DNA of 62,693 nucleotides, filler included, from Sphacelaria rigidula (Eukaryota), in NCBI GenBank assembly GCA_964200075.2. It is 8 parts of 8 records of this genome, joined end to end, with 100 filler letters (N's around TTAATTAATTAA, not from the genome) between each part and the next. Parts side by side here need not be neighbours in the genome. Positions count along the whole stretch, not along the records: positions 7,851 to 15,600 come from CAXNAA020013576.1; positions 15,701 to 23,449 come from CAXNAA020013577.1; positions 23,550 to 31,298 come from CAXNAA020013578.1; 5 more parts are not named here. One strand, given 5' to 3'. Both the position numbers and the translations under genes were made by a program. Below the pieces are notes generated by a model, which was not told the origin of the DNA, searched no databases, and worked only from the letters and a program-made list of their open reading frames with translations. Below, piece after piece: positions 10,031 through 23,630 of this stretch (position 1 is the first letter of the stretch; every line of letters starts with the position of its first letter).

Positions 10031-13000
10031 AGAGGTAGCTCTGTTTGTGGCTATGTGTGAGGAATTGCGGATTGTGAGGGCACAGGCTTTAGCACAGTAG
10101 CAAGAGGAAAGACGAAAAGTGACTACTATACCTGTGCCGACGGGGCTCTTGAAAAACCTTGAACAAAGTGAAAAAAGGCGCCCCACAAAACGTGATGTTG
10201 GTTCAGAACATATTCGTAGTACTAGTTGAATCTCTATTTCTTGACTGCTGTCGCTCCCTTACTTTTCGCATTTCTCATCTATTCGTATTTCGTATTTTCG
10301 TCAATACTCTGGTCAGGTTGGCCGTCGTAATTGGTGATTAGTATGGCAACGAAACCTTCTGGAGTCTGGATTTTGCGGATGACCGAGAGTGCATTATAAG
10401 CGCTGGTCCTGAGTATGGATAATGACACATATGCTCGAAGTCAATCATGCGCTGCAGCAATAATGCGCAGTCAATGCGGCCCATTTCCCATATCGGTCAC
10501 AGTACAGCAGTGCAGCACAGTACAGCACAGAATAGCGCAGTCCTATTAATGATATGCCAATCTGTATGCCGACATGTCACACCGATTGATGCATTTCCCA
10601 GCATGACGTCGGGGCAGCAGCGAACGTTGTTGGTGATGATGAGTCGAAAATAGCCACGGACGACAATAAGTGTGTCTCCGTCAGGGGCGAAATGAAATGA
10701 CCTAGTCCTGTATGGGCGTTTATCCACATTTTCATATGGTGGGTGGGCGATTTTTAGGGCGTGTCGTCTTACTGACTTATCGTGTTGGGTTTTGCAACAT
10801 ACGCTCCAAACTTACTGAGAGATCAATGAAATCACAACCCCTCAAAATAGACGACTTCCTGTGCATGTTGTTGCAGGGCGGTATTATGTTGCAGAACATG
10901 CAATATCATGTACGACAACACGTACACAAGTTCGGTGGAATTCAAACCATGGTAGCTGCTGCGTCGACGGTATTTGGTTACACGTTGCTAAGTCTCCAAA
11001 GGTACGTGGCGTGATGTTTCGTCCGACATATGTCGTTTGCGCTGGCGTTCACCAGGCAACGATTTTCTTATGTTGAACCGGTACTGTTTAGATGATGAAG
11101 GGAAATCACGATACTTGTCTTGTCAAATGGGTCATTTTCATCATGACAGGTTTCATAAAAAGAGCTCGAGCTGAGACGTAAAACCCTACGCAGATGGTGT
11201 ACCAGCGGTACTCATGTGCTCATCAGTGTGTGCACGGTACGTAGCGACTTCTGTCCATAACTCCTTGCTGCCGGCCACGGCTTGAGGTGGCACGCAGGTG
11301 TCGTAAAGTGAATCATGTCATTGCCGCATTACTCAGTCGTCGCGCCGGTATCATTCCTGATGTACTACCCGCTTATGGCGTGTGGCAGCAACAACTCAGG
11401 AAAGGTCGGAGACTAGGCGATGCACTTCAAGACTTGGAACGAGCAACGGAAATTGTGTGTTCTGTTTTTCTCGGCGTCTAACCCTTCCCTTTCCTCGGGA
11501 AGAGTCCGTGGTATCAAGGGAACGATGCGTCTTACTCTGGGTATGTAGATCGTAGATTGGATACTCAGATCTACTCATTTCCGCTTCTGAAGATCTGAGC
11601 TGCGCCTTTCATGGTGTGAAATGCAGAGGCATCCGCTACTGGGGACGATTTTCTAGACAGTGGAACAGACGCAACTGAAGGATTTGCGTCGTTGCCGACT
11701 TCGTCACTCGCCTCCCGCAAAATGATCAGTTCGATAACAAGCTTGAAGAAACGAACATATAGCTGTACACCCTGCTAACGCGGTGGTGTGGTAAGAGCCC
11801 CAGATCCGAAGGAGATGGTACAACGTGAACGTCCGATGGGTTGCCTTCATTTGCTTGATCCGTTATCTTCGCCACAGGTAGTACATGGATACATTAGCAA
11901 GGGAACTCCAAACATCGCACCCGTCAGCTTCAAAGAATGCTCTACTGTACTGTACACTACGGCAGTGCTGCCACTTCCCTTGAAAAATAGCGGCATTGTC
12001 CTGCGCAGTTTTCGTGCCCGACCTGGTTCTATGCGTGTTCATCCCGAATACATTCCATAACCATCGGGGTCACAATTGACTCCCTCACTAACAACGCGAA
12101 CATGATTACTTCGCTACAGTGTAGGTCGGGCATGGGCATGCCAAGAGGCCATGATATACCGCTATAGGGCACCGAGGGTTTCAAATACCACGGAAAGCAC
12201 AATAACTTGATTTGCTTTTGAATTCACCGGGTGTCTTGTACCACAGTGATGCTGCGATATTCATCTCCTGTACCGCACAACACTTTACGCCATACTGTCA
12301 AAACATCGGTTGTTACTCCATCCTGTGGTTTCAATACCCATTTTTGTAAACACTACTCCAGTCTGCTACCGACATTTTCCATTCATCGCCGTGTTACAAT
12401 GTCCCCGTTGTTCAACGCGTGGACAGGCCCAATGCGGCGGTCTCAAGTGCACATGCCCGTCCACATCAAAACTCGGTCATGGAGAGGAGGCGCTGAGCAG
12501 CTACGGGGAATCGCGGACCGGCGTGGGATGTAGCAGTAGGGCTGTCAAAGTACTCGATGGTACTGTTTTTGGTCACGTGTCGATATGGAGCAGCGCGCTG
12601 TGTTGAGTCGACGGAGATGTGAAGTATGTCTTTCAGTCGACTATGCTGCCATTATCGACACGCACGAAGCAATGGAGGGTCGTGCAGGAAGAGATGGGCT
12701 CGGGAGTCCGCCCGCTTTTGCAGTTGTCGGGAGCTATGCCCCCCGGTGTGCGTGCTGTGGGGTGCATGTGTTTTTGGTCGATCCGTGTTGCCGGCGTGTC
12801 TCCATCAACTTTTCGAATTTCCCAGTTGGAAGTTTTGTGCTACCGCGGCTTAGCGTGCTCGTCCTTGCGCTGCGAGGATATCGGAGTATGGGCATACAAA
12901 TATATTATCGCCCATCAAGTTTCTACTGAATATTGGGGCACCACCCATGTTCAAACAATCATGTCACGAGATACATCACGCATATACTCACCAACCTCCA

Positions 13001-16000
13001 CAGGTTCATGATAAGCCCATGAGCATGACTGTGTACGGTTACCTGACATGCCTGCACAGGACTTACGGAAGGATTGATGTAAGAAAAGCACCAATAGCCC
13101 CTCGAATAAGATCCATTTTCAAACCCTCAATCAGGGTCTTCGAAGGTTACTAAAAGTACCACACAAACGCCGAGTCGAAATTTAAACACGTTGCAGAGTC
13201 AGAGAATACTGTAGCAATCAGACATGACCCCTTTTTACATTTTTAGATTGTGTTTGGATCTACCCATTCCAGTATTTCACTTAAATCAAATCACAAAATT
13301 ACTTCTGCTTCAGCAACACCGAGAGAACACAAGACTCCTCCTTCCTGTGCGCCTTACAGTGTTACATTCGAAAATTGGATATGCGCACAGTCCGGCCACC
13401 CGGAGGCAAGCGAAGGCATTAACACCCCATGGTAGAAACAGAACATATCTATGCTGGTTGGTGTTAATTACAAAGTGTACCACACATCCAGCATGATAGC
13501 TACAACACCCACGACCAACATGATAGGTGCAGTAGTACTCATGACAACTATGAGTGGGTATTGGTCTGTTTACTTGCTGTTGGGCATGTGACGCACAGCA
13601 GGTGGAATAATTAAACCTTTCAGCGGTGGGCCTCGTTTCGGGAGAATATCTCGGCTGATAGTCCCCCGGGATATGTGCAACCATATACTTGAGACTGAAA
13701 AAACATGCAGTACAGACAGTACGGTCCTGTACTGCCTGCGTTGGATGTCAAAATGACTAGTCTGTTTCCTGTCACAGCACTCCAGCGGTCTGCCGTCAAT
13801 AGATACTGGTACCATTGTGCACACGGCGGCGCAAAAGAGATGAGGAGTGATGCCGACCCCACAAACGCTGACCAAAGGCCGTTGCTTGCCTGAGTTTTAC
13901 TCGGGCGATGTGTTGTGGAACGAAACGTCGACGGCAAGCCACTGAGGGTCGCCTTTGCAGAATACAGGACACGACACGGCGTGGTGTTCTCCGCTATCGC
14001 TCCTATCTACTCCACGTTGCACTACGGACCATCACCAAGCACTCACTCGCCCACGAGCCTGCGGTTGCACTGCTATCAGTCAGGGTCAACCGGGCAAATG
14101 TGAAGCTGGATGCACGTGACGGATCTGTGCTCGATTTCTGCGCAAGCGCCGGGGTCAAGACGCGATATTGAGATAAGAAGTAGTATGTTATTTTGTGATT
14201 CTTTTGCTTCATAGTGTATCTCCATATCACCCACTGACTCTTGATAACACCTCATTCCGCAGAAATCCGGCGTCTCGAACCCTTCACTTGCATGATATCA
14301 CGGGGAATCGGCCGTTTCTCACATTTCTCGTGAGGTATCGATCTAGGGTCCAGCTGAGGGCCCCGGAGTCAAGAGCTTACTCTGATCCACCGCGACTGTT
14401 GAAGTTGATAATCAAGTGGTCGAACCACCTCCTCCCATGGCCACCAAGAGAACTGACACACGAAATCTCCTCATTGTTGTAGCAGCTCGCGCACCTGCGA
14501 TCCCTGAGTGGTGAAGGCGTTGTGCACTTGCGTAGGCTGGTCGAGAAACAGGAAAAAAACGCTTCTGCCGTGGCTTTTCCCCACTGTGAACAGCCGGCGA
14601 CGGGAGGGGGAGGGCGTGCGCGGGCTAGCCTGCGACTCGTATGCCTCCTTGCACTGCTTCCGACTGATCGGCCGCTCCGTTAACGATTCTGGACCAGGGT
14701 AGCCAGAAACAAGGTGATCGATGTACGTTTTGTGTTGTTCTGGGAGGCCGTGCATTGCTGTGCTGTACCTGCACGCTGTCTAGACCAGTAGAGCAAGTCA
14801 TAGCCCGCACCTGCAACCCTTACACACGACTCCCCTGTTCCCTTCACGTCGCGGCAATGACTTAAGCGGCCGGTAGTGGTGGGACGGTCACACTGAAAGA
14901 CTGGAGGCAAGATATTTATTTATCGACAGGGACAAGCTGGTAGATGAAGCGCTTCACACTATAGCGTGTTGTGGAGCACACGACATGCCCAAGTGGAGTG
15001 CAGTCAAGGTTGTATGAAGGTACGGACCAGTGTCATCAAGAGAACAACGATTCAGCATATGTGGACGACTTGTATTCGAGCGTAGTCATTGTCTAGGATT
15101 CAATAAGACGGAATCGGTCACTTTCCCTGACAGACCGTACTGCCCTGTCCTGCACTGTACCTTTCTACCCGTGGAACACACTGCATGTGGTGAAACAACA
15201 AATGACGGGGTATATCACCCCCTCTATCGGCGGCCCCTCCACTATAATACCCGACAAGGAGGAGCTTCAATTGTCCTCACCTGCGTACGTAGCGCGTCCA
15301 GACGAGACAGCGACGTGAATTTCCCTTGATCTCACAAACCTTCCACGCTGGCATCAGGTATCTCTCTCCTATAGCCTCTAGCCGTTATCCTCCGCTTCGG
15401 CTGCGCGCTGGGTGCAGTGTCATTGTTCACGGCTCGGAGCCCATAGGGTAACCTCTACATTGAATTAAATATTTCATAAACGCACTGAATTAAATTACGT
15501 ATGTAGTCAGTCATTTTCTTGATCACTCCCAGCAAAAAATCCAAACAACTGTGATTTGGTGCCGATCATATGTGAACATATCTCTAGATGTAGCACGAGT
15601 NNNNNNNNNNNNNNNNNNNNNNNNNNNNNNNNNNNNNNNNNNNNTTAATTAATTAANNNNNNNNNNNNNNNNNNNNNNNNNNNNNNNNNNNNNNNNNNNN
15701 GGACGGGGCTCCTTCCCAAAACAGATGCAGGGTTAAGGGTAAAACGACAAAGGCAGGCACCAAATGGGCCCCCCCCCCCCCCCCCCCCCCCCCCCGCCCC
15801 ATGGCACACGACTCATCAGGCAAGCAACAAATAAATGAGTACGCCCCCCTCCCCCCACCCCCATGACCCCCGATGGGATTGGCGTTGGTTGGCGATGGCG
15901 CTACGAAACACGCCACTCACTGTGTAAGCTAGGCAACCAGGCAGGTTAACGATTTTTCTTCCTCGCTTGAGTTTTTTTGCGGTAATTATTATGTTAGTCG

Positions 16001-17712
16001 AGCTAGATCGTGATGTGCGGTGTGGGAGAATCTCATCTCCGCACAATGGAAATAATGATCGTACTACACACACACTACGCAGTGTGCAAATTGTGAGACA
16101 CCCATGAGGCAGTGTATACGCCGTGGTTGTGTCAGGAAGAAGCGGCGGTACCAGAAAATAAAGCAACTCACTGTAGGCTGTCATCCAAAATGCAAGATAA
16201 TCGGTAAGCTTCGGGCCGAACAATGTTGGCAGGATGCAGCTCACCCTTCATGCGACTCGCATCCCTACTGCAACCGGATTAGTGTTCAAGTAGTTCGTAC
16301 TTGTTAACTATACGAGGTATTAAAACCTTTTTTTAATGTCTGCAATTAATTACCCTGCCTGCGAAGAGGATGTCGTGATCCGATTCCACCCTCTCTGCGA
16401 CGTCGAAACAGGTGAACCTGTTAGTATTTTGTTGCTCCTTCACTTCGTCCTTGTTGAGGGCATAGCGCGGCCTCGCCGAGGTTCGGGACCAATGATTGCC
16501 TCCCCCGCCACCACTGCCTCCGGCACCTTCCCCAGACACCGAAAGTATCTCTACGATCTCTAAATCCATGAGTCTGCTTCCGTTCACGAAGAGGAGTTGA
16601 ACATTCAAAAGAGGTGCCCTTTCTCTTTATTTCGCACTACGACTCGTACAGTGCTCCTAGAATTTAGCGCTCAGTCTTCGCACCACGGAGCCCAACGCCC
16701 TGGCTAGAGGACGTGTTGATTGTATTCAACACGATGTAGTCTGGTCAACGAGCAGTCTAACTCAGGCAGCATAAACATGTAGCAAACCTCCAGTACATGC
16801 GAAGCGCTCAGTTTCCGTCCGTTATGTGACCTACTACCAGACTCCTCGCCGCTAAGGATCGTTTGGCTGATTGATCCGCGCCGGATTCCGCCTCCTGGGA
16901 CCGAACCATGGGTTTTGACAAACGCCTCCTCTATGCTTACCGCACAGTACATCGGCGTAGGTCTGTGGGCAGGTAGGTGCAAACTAGCCTGTTCACATCG
17001 CGTTGCAGCCCAAGATCTGCATGCTATCTATCTATGATCTGGGCGCGGCTAAAGCTATGTATGGAGGGCTTCTGCGATCCGCTGGCGAGGGCATCGGATG
17101 ACCGGTCAGTTTCGTGATTCCCCCAATGGAGATCGGCGGTCCGCATACAGGACAGTTCACTCGTATAACAATTTAAGCAACTATACTTGTAGCACACTGC
17201 TCACTTTGTTTACTGTCCATTATATGGTGTATAACACCCCCCAGAGACGAATTTTGAAAATATCAGCTCAGGTTTTCGAGAGACTGTTGCATGTACCACC
17301 TCTAATCCCCATACCGACTGTTTTGGATAGTTCCCCCTCTATCTCATCCCCCGTCGCATGTACAGTCTTCGTGTACAGTCTGTAGGAGTACGTATACAAT
17401 AGCTGCTCTACTATACAAACGAATCGTTAGTGTCACGTTCTTCATCATCCCCCAAGAGGGAAGGAGTCCCAGTAGTGATTGATGATCCAGGGAAGCACAA
17501 ATGAAAAGCGCAAAGAATCTGATACTGTACTATATAGCCTACCTTTGGGGTGACGTCGTTGAAGAAGTCCTATTCCGTTTTAACCACCACAGCGCACAAA
17601 GTAGGGATAGACGTGCGCTGTGTTGCACCGCGTACCTGTACAACTGAACCCAAAAATGGGCGGGGAAAAAATGGCGCTTCAGCTTCTACTGCGGGTCGGA
17701 ATTTACAATTCA

Positions 17713-18094
17713 TGGAGCTCGGAGATAGTCCGTAGTAGTTATAACTCCCCATTATCAATATAATATGTTATAATTGTAATGATGGTGATGGTTACATGAC
17801 ATTTTGGATAATGGTGTCAAACCATTATCCACCGTTACCAGTTACGAATGCTACATCCAGTCCTTGAAAATTGGCCCGAACGTGACCTATTTTTCAGCTA
17901 TAGTGAAGCCAGATCGCGTAAAAACGTGCCTCTGCCACGGCGTCTCCACCGGGGCCCTCCGGGGGCGGGGGCTCCTCCGGCGGGGCCCCCTCTGCCGGGG
18001 GGAACTTTTCGGCTCGCGGCTGCACCGCCCGATGACTAACCCATAACGTACCATTCAACTGGCTAATGGTTAGACAAACCATTTCCGAGCTATA
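17713..18094. mobile_element. hAT-like MITE, copy 1
   Basis: Ends tggagctcggagatagt / accatttccgagctata. Inverted homologue of 18613-19002. Confidence 0.75.
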
Positions 18095-18175
18095 GAATTT
18101 ACGATATTTCTCTTGGATATGCCGAACCCTGATGATGGTGCGCCGGGGCCACCGTCTTGAGTCCAGACGCACCTT

Positions 18176-18480
18176 CGTGTGTGTGTGTGTGTGCTGTCGT
18201 CCCATCTATTCTGGGCGCCGGTCTACACCTTTCGATAGATGTGGGCGCACCAGCCGGGGTCACACAGGAGGAAGCTCAACACAGTATATATATTTTTTTA
18301 TTACCCCTCCTTCCTTCTGCGGTGCTTGCCTCTTATTTTTATCGCGAGAGCGGTTCAGCAGTCCCTTTCCCTCGTCGACTGTTAGATCGAATTTTGTGTA
18401 CCCACGACATGGTCGCTCTCTACTGCTGGGCATTGTGTGAGAATAATTCCAGATCGCTCCGAGAATTGAACCCTTTGCAC
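18176..18480 (-). mobile_element. SINE family 1, copy with degraded head
   Basis: Homologous to 27720-28104, with (CA)n tail. Confidence 0.75.
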
Positions 18481-18612
18481 ATGATATTTCAGGAACGTGG
18501 TCATTAGGTGTGGCAGCTGTAGACTTTTTTCTGCTCAAGATAGCAGAGACCATAGCATAAAACAACTCACTCGCAAGCCGTACTACGTCATACAGTGTAC
18601 AACTGCAAACCC

Positions 18613-19002
18613 TACAGCTCGGAAATGGTTCGTCTAACCATTAACCAGTTGGATGGTTACGCGTAGCGCACTTCTTAACCAGTTAAATGGTACATCATGG
18701 TTTGTTCATCGAGCGGCGCAGTCGCGAGTCAAAAAGCCCCCCTCGGCAGAGGAGCCCCCGCCGGAGGCGCCATGCGGGAGGCACGTTTCTACGTGCTTCG
18801 GCTTCACTGGAGCTAAAAAGAAGTTGAATTTTGACCAATTTTCAAGGGCTGCATGTAGCATGCGTAGCCAGTAACAGCTCATAAAGCCCGTAACGGTAAG
18901 TAATGGTTTGAAACTATTACCCCAATTTTTCATATAACCATAACCATTATTACCATTATAATGATGAGGACCAGTTATAACTGGTACCATTTCCGAGCTC
19001 TA
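18613..19002. mobile_element. hAT-like MITE, copy 2 (opposite orientation)
   Basis: TIR tacagctcggaaatggt / accatttccgagctcta. Degenerate 8-bp TSD gcaaaccc / gcgaatcc (two transitions). Confidence 0.8.
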
Positions 19003-21154
19003 GCGAATCCACTTTTCCCCGCTGTCACCAAGCTGTCACGCCAACAGAAGCGGGCAACGTGCAGTGCAGATAGCCCAGGACTATCAGTTCTTTACAATTC
19101 GACGTGAAAAGGACTTCAACATGCTGTCTGCACTGTCCATGAGCGTTTACGCAACTGGGTTGGTTGCCCACCGTACCACGCAGTTGCGTCACTGACCCCT
19201 ACCATGAAAGCTGATGCGCAAGTTTTCGCCAACAGAAAATAAACCAAGTATACTCAACTACTGCAGTGTATCTATCCCTTTGCTCAACTCGTGCTCTATG
19301 CTGCAGGGTTGCGGTGGTAGCTGAGAATGAGTTAGGTGGAGAGTACATGATTCTATGAACGAGTGTTATCTGGCGTGGTGATCTGTAAGATGGCAGTCGA
19401 GTGTCGCTTCGTGGCTTTCGACAGCATGCTTTGGATCGAAAAGTATTATTTGTCGTCTTAAATACATTTTCTCCGCGCGTCACTAATTATGATTTTGATT
19501 TAAAGCCTTCTAGGAACATAAATGCGGTGAACCTATCAGATCGGCAACAAAAATGACCGCACTTTTTCATCGAAAAAAATGCGCTAAGGGACACACAGAC
19601 TGTCTATACTGTACACGAGTGACCATGTACCGTTTCACGTGTTTCACTGCTTTTTTCGGTCGAAAGCTTGAAAATTCGCTCGAACCCAACACGAGAAAAA
19701 TGAGCGAGTTTCGCTCAAATCGATTCCACCGCCCCATTTTTTCGATCGAAAAAAAAAGGGCTAAGGGCGCGTCCTAGACCCACTTTTATGGCAACGAATT
19801 TTTTTCGACTCCGATTTTTTTTAATGGGGGAGACTCAAGTTCATGAACTCAAATCGGGGGGACCGTTTTATGACACAGTCAGCACAGTATCACAGATTTG
19901 TGAAACGGTTCTGTACACAGACGGTCATTTTTTGCATGGGTGTGGTACTGCGTTCTCGTGCATGAAGCCGAAGAGCAGGCGGGCGGTACACAATCTATCG
20001 AGTACCGTGTCGTACCTTGGTACCCTAGGGTAATACAGTGCAGAACACTACATCAGTACAGTACACGATAGCGCCGTGTGGTTGTACACGATGGCACAGC
20101 CGGTATTACGAGAGCAGAGAACAAACAGTGCGCGAGCAGACTTCAGTAGTGCAGTGCCATGCATCACCCCTCAAGTACAGCGAAAACAGCTAGGAGAGTA
20201 CAGGAGCGTTCGTTGTAGTGACGCATATGGCAGTGCAGCGCAGCACAAAATATCACTATCGCCGCAGGGTACGGCGTCAGCACTTTTTATCCGCTTGTCA
20301 AACCCCGTGCGAAGCTGGAGCGGGCAGTAGGCACGCCCTGTGCTGTCACGAGCCTGTCTTCTGCTACCGTTGCAAAAATATCAAACGCCTCGTACTCTAG
20401 CATTGTACGTCAATGCACGTACGTCACCTCGAGAAAATGGGGGGAGTCACGATCTCGGGACGATTTCCCCCCATTTTTTTCAAATCGGGGGAAACTGTTC
20501 CGAGATCGTGACTACCCGATTTTTTCGCCCCCGATTTGGTCCAAATTCGTGTCCATCAAATCCGTTTCCCGATTTTTTTCCCTCGGTGCTCCAAGAATTC
20601 GAGATTCGTGCCTGCCATGAAAGCAGATCTCAGCACATTTGTTCTCGATCAAAAATGTGTGATGGAAACAAAAAGCCCGATCTTATGGGTCGTAATTTCA
20701 ACCACCGTCGTTAATTTTGAAGATGGTTGAAATCACGACCTATGAGATCGGGATTTTGTTTTCACCGCACTTTTTCGATCGAAACCTGATGTGCTAAGAC
20801 ACGGCGTAAGACACGCCCTGATGTGTGTAACCAGCTGGAAGGACAAATAAACAAAAAACACGAAAAACGCTAGAATCATACTCACTCTCACCGCGCGTTC
20901 TTACTTTTCTAGTTTGGTTAAAACAGGCCCTTAGCTTTATACTTGTTCGCCCACACCCACATATTGACACATCACACTCGTGCGAACAGAAACCGGTGGA
21001 CCGAGCTCTTAGTGCCCCCTTGACCAGAATTTTTTGCACCCACTATACTATTTTTGTTCACTAGACAGCGGCGCAGACCACCATTTTTTCCTGACAGCAG
21101 CACAGTCATCACAGACAGGCTGGTGTGCAAGGGTATGGAGTTTGATGCACTCAT

Positions 21155-21460
21155 TTGTTTTTCCCCTCACACTTTGAACCCTTGCCCTTCCTCGGTATGA
21201 CTCCGTGGTCTCAAGGGATCACCCCATCTCTCCCCCGGTACGCCCCTTTCATTTTGGACTCGCGGATTGGGACAGCACTCCCGTACCGCGTCAACTCTCG
21301 TCACACAAACTCAGTCGTCTACTTTGTTTACTCACGTTCTCACGCTTTCCACGGTGAAAATCATACATCACGACGAAAAAACCCAACGCATCGGGAATCG
21401 AACCCCCGTTCTCTTCACCCTAACGGCGGCAGTCGGACCATTACACCACCGGGGCGCGGC
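21155..21460 (-). mobile_element. tRNA-derived SINE family 2
   Basis: Minus strand has A box TGGTGTAATGG (21448-21438) and B box GGTTCGATTCC (21404-21394). Its 3' part recurs at ~25240-25375 on +. Confidence 0.8.
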
Positions 21461-23630
21461 TCATTGCCAATCATAATTACGGTATAGTCAAAGACACGCT
21501 TTGCCGTTGATTTTCGGGAAATGCGGCACCGCTGCAAGTGTTTTTTCGATGCGTTCAGTGCTCTACTACCGTGATGCGTGCTTGCGTGCTGCCGTCGCTC
21601 GTTGATTCAACTTGGATGATGACGATCGTTGTTTTCGAGTTGCTGTGAACCCATGAAACTTCGATGACGGCGCTTCTACGACTAACGGGGTGATATGCGA
21701 TGAAATCATCTTCAGATGCCACAGAGGTGTCCTGCCTACGGATGTTTTTTCGCACTGCTCTGGCCCGTAAGAGCTATATAATGCAAAATTTCTCGGGAAA
21801 AGTAACGTGAACCTGGGATCCTAACATGTAGATCTGCGTCTATTGTTTGTTCGTATCGTCATTATTCATGGGGTGTTCAACATATGTGACCTTCTAGGTT
21901 CGCACACGTGGGACAGCCCATGGGCTACCTGAATATTACTTGTTAGTGCACTAATCCGGATCATGAGCTTGCTCACGTGGCCCCCTTTCCCATATATGCC
22001 CCCTACAGCGCTGGACTCCGATTACGCGGAGTAGCGCAAAGATACTGTAGCGCTTTGGAATCTCGGACCCCGCTGTCACATATGTTGTGTTCTTGGACTA
22101 GGGATCTGACAGTCATCTTCGATCAATTATTTTCAGAGTATTCCTGGATAGTTCCACCGCGGTAAAATCAGGTACAGTAGACAGTAAGGATATACCGGCG
22201 GTTTACCGTCGTTGTGGTATCTTACCGTGTCTGCCAAACTCATGACCGTAAAAAAAAAAAAAATGCCGCCGAAAAATTACAGTCCTGGAGCACATGACCG
22301 CCTGAAAATACCGTGAAAAAATTAGCAATCGTGTGCCACCTAATATATACCGCCAGATGGCGTTGCCGCTGAAAAAGTACCTCCATATGGCAATACCGGT
22401 CAAAAAGTACTTCCATATCCCATGACTATTTCAAAGATACTGCCAACTACAGTTACCGGAAAAACATATACACCAGGTACTACTTCGGTACACCAACACT
22501 GTCCGAGCGGCGCTGTAGCCAGGACATCGGCCATCAAGCGCAAAAATAGAGGTTTGATCCCGAGAAATATTCGTCGTACTTGGTAACCACGGTATCGGCC
22601 ATCGAGTGCGGGGACAGAGGTTCGATCCCGAGTAAAATTCGTTGAACTTCCCTTCTGTTTTTCCTTCATCTCTTTTGTGTACACTTTCGTTTTTTATTTT
22701 TTTTACTGTTCTGTTCTCTTCGCTTCGGAAGCTTTTATTTTTCTTGCTTCGCCACAGTACACGATGGGTGTGTTGTTTTGTGTTGTGCTTTTCTATTCCC
22801 CGACTAGATACAAAAATTACCAAAGAGAAATTGGCAAGATAGAAATAAAAAAATTAAGGGTATAATGGGTGATGAAAAATTGAAAACGATATAAAATATG
22901 AAAGGTGAAATCAAATCAAGTACCACCAGGTATCAGCGATACATGGTATACTATGTACATGTGAACCGCAGCAGTATGCTGAATTGCCCTGTCGATGTAG
23001 AAACTCCCTTGAAAATATTGATTGCAAAGTTAAGAACCTGAAATCGAAAATTGAAAATGAATAAATTGATTGATGTCAATGCCATGTTTCGGTTTTACCG
23101 TCTCCGCCGAAGGTAGTACCGTAAAAAAAAAAAACGTTTACCGCGGATAAAGTACCGTCGTATGGCATTACCACTCCGTTTGGAACAATCAAATAAAGCG
23201 TTTCCGAGGAGTGTCCTGGTTACTTTAGGTAGCTCATTGGCTGTCCCACGTGTGTAAGGTTGCAGAGCATTTGCATTCTTTGTACAAATTCAAAAGTCAT
23301 TATCCAGTTTCGTCTGCACGAGCGTCTTCGACCAAAGGGGCCCACCAACTCCAGGCCAGTAGCCACAGCCCCCCCCCCCCCCCCCCCACCCCCACCCCAC
23401 CCCCCCACAGCCGCCCAGCGCACCCGACGTGAGCTAGACCGCTAGCTGCNNNNNNNNNNNNNNNNNNNNNNNNNNNNNNNNNNNNNNNNNNNNTTAATTA
23501 ATTAANNNNNNNNNNNNNNNNNNNNNNNNNNNNNNNNNNNNNNNNNNNNAACATGAAGCGCTGTATGGCCATTTTTTTCGTGACACTTTTAGCTGGTGTT
23601 GGGGGGGGGGGCTATCGTAGAAAGTGTCAA

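Noticed and set aside
11150..11230. Hammerhead ribozyme core (CTGATGAG on minus strand)
   Set aside because: No properly placed GAAA or closing stems.
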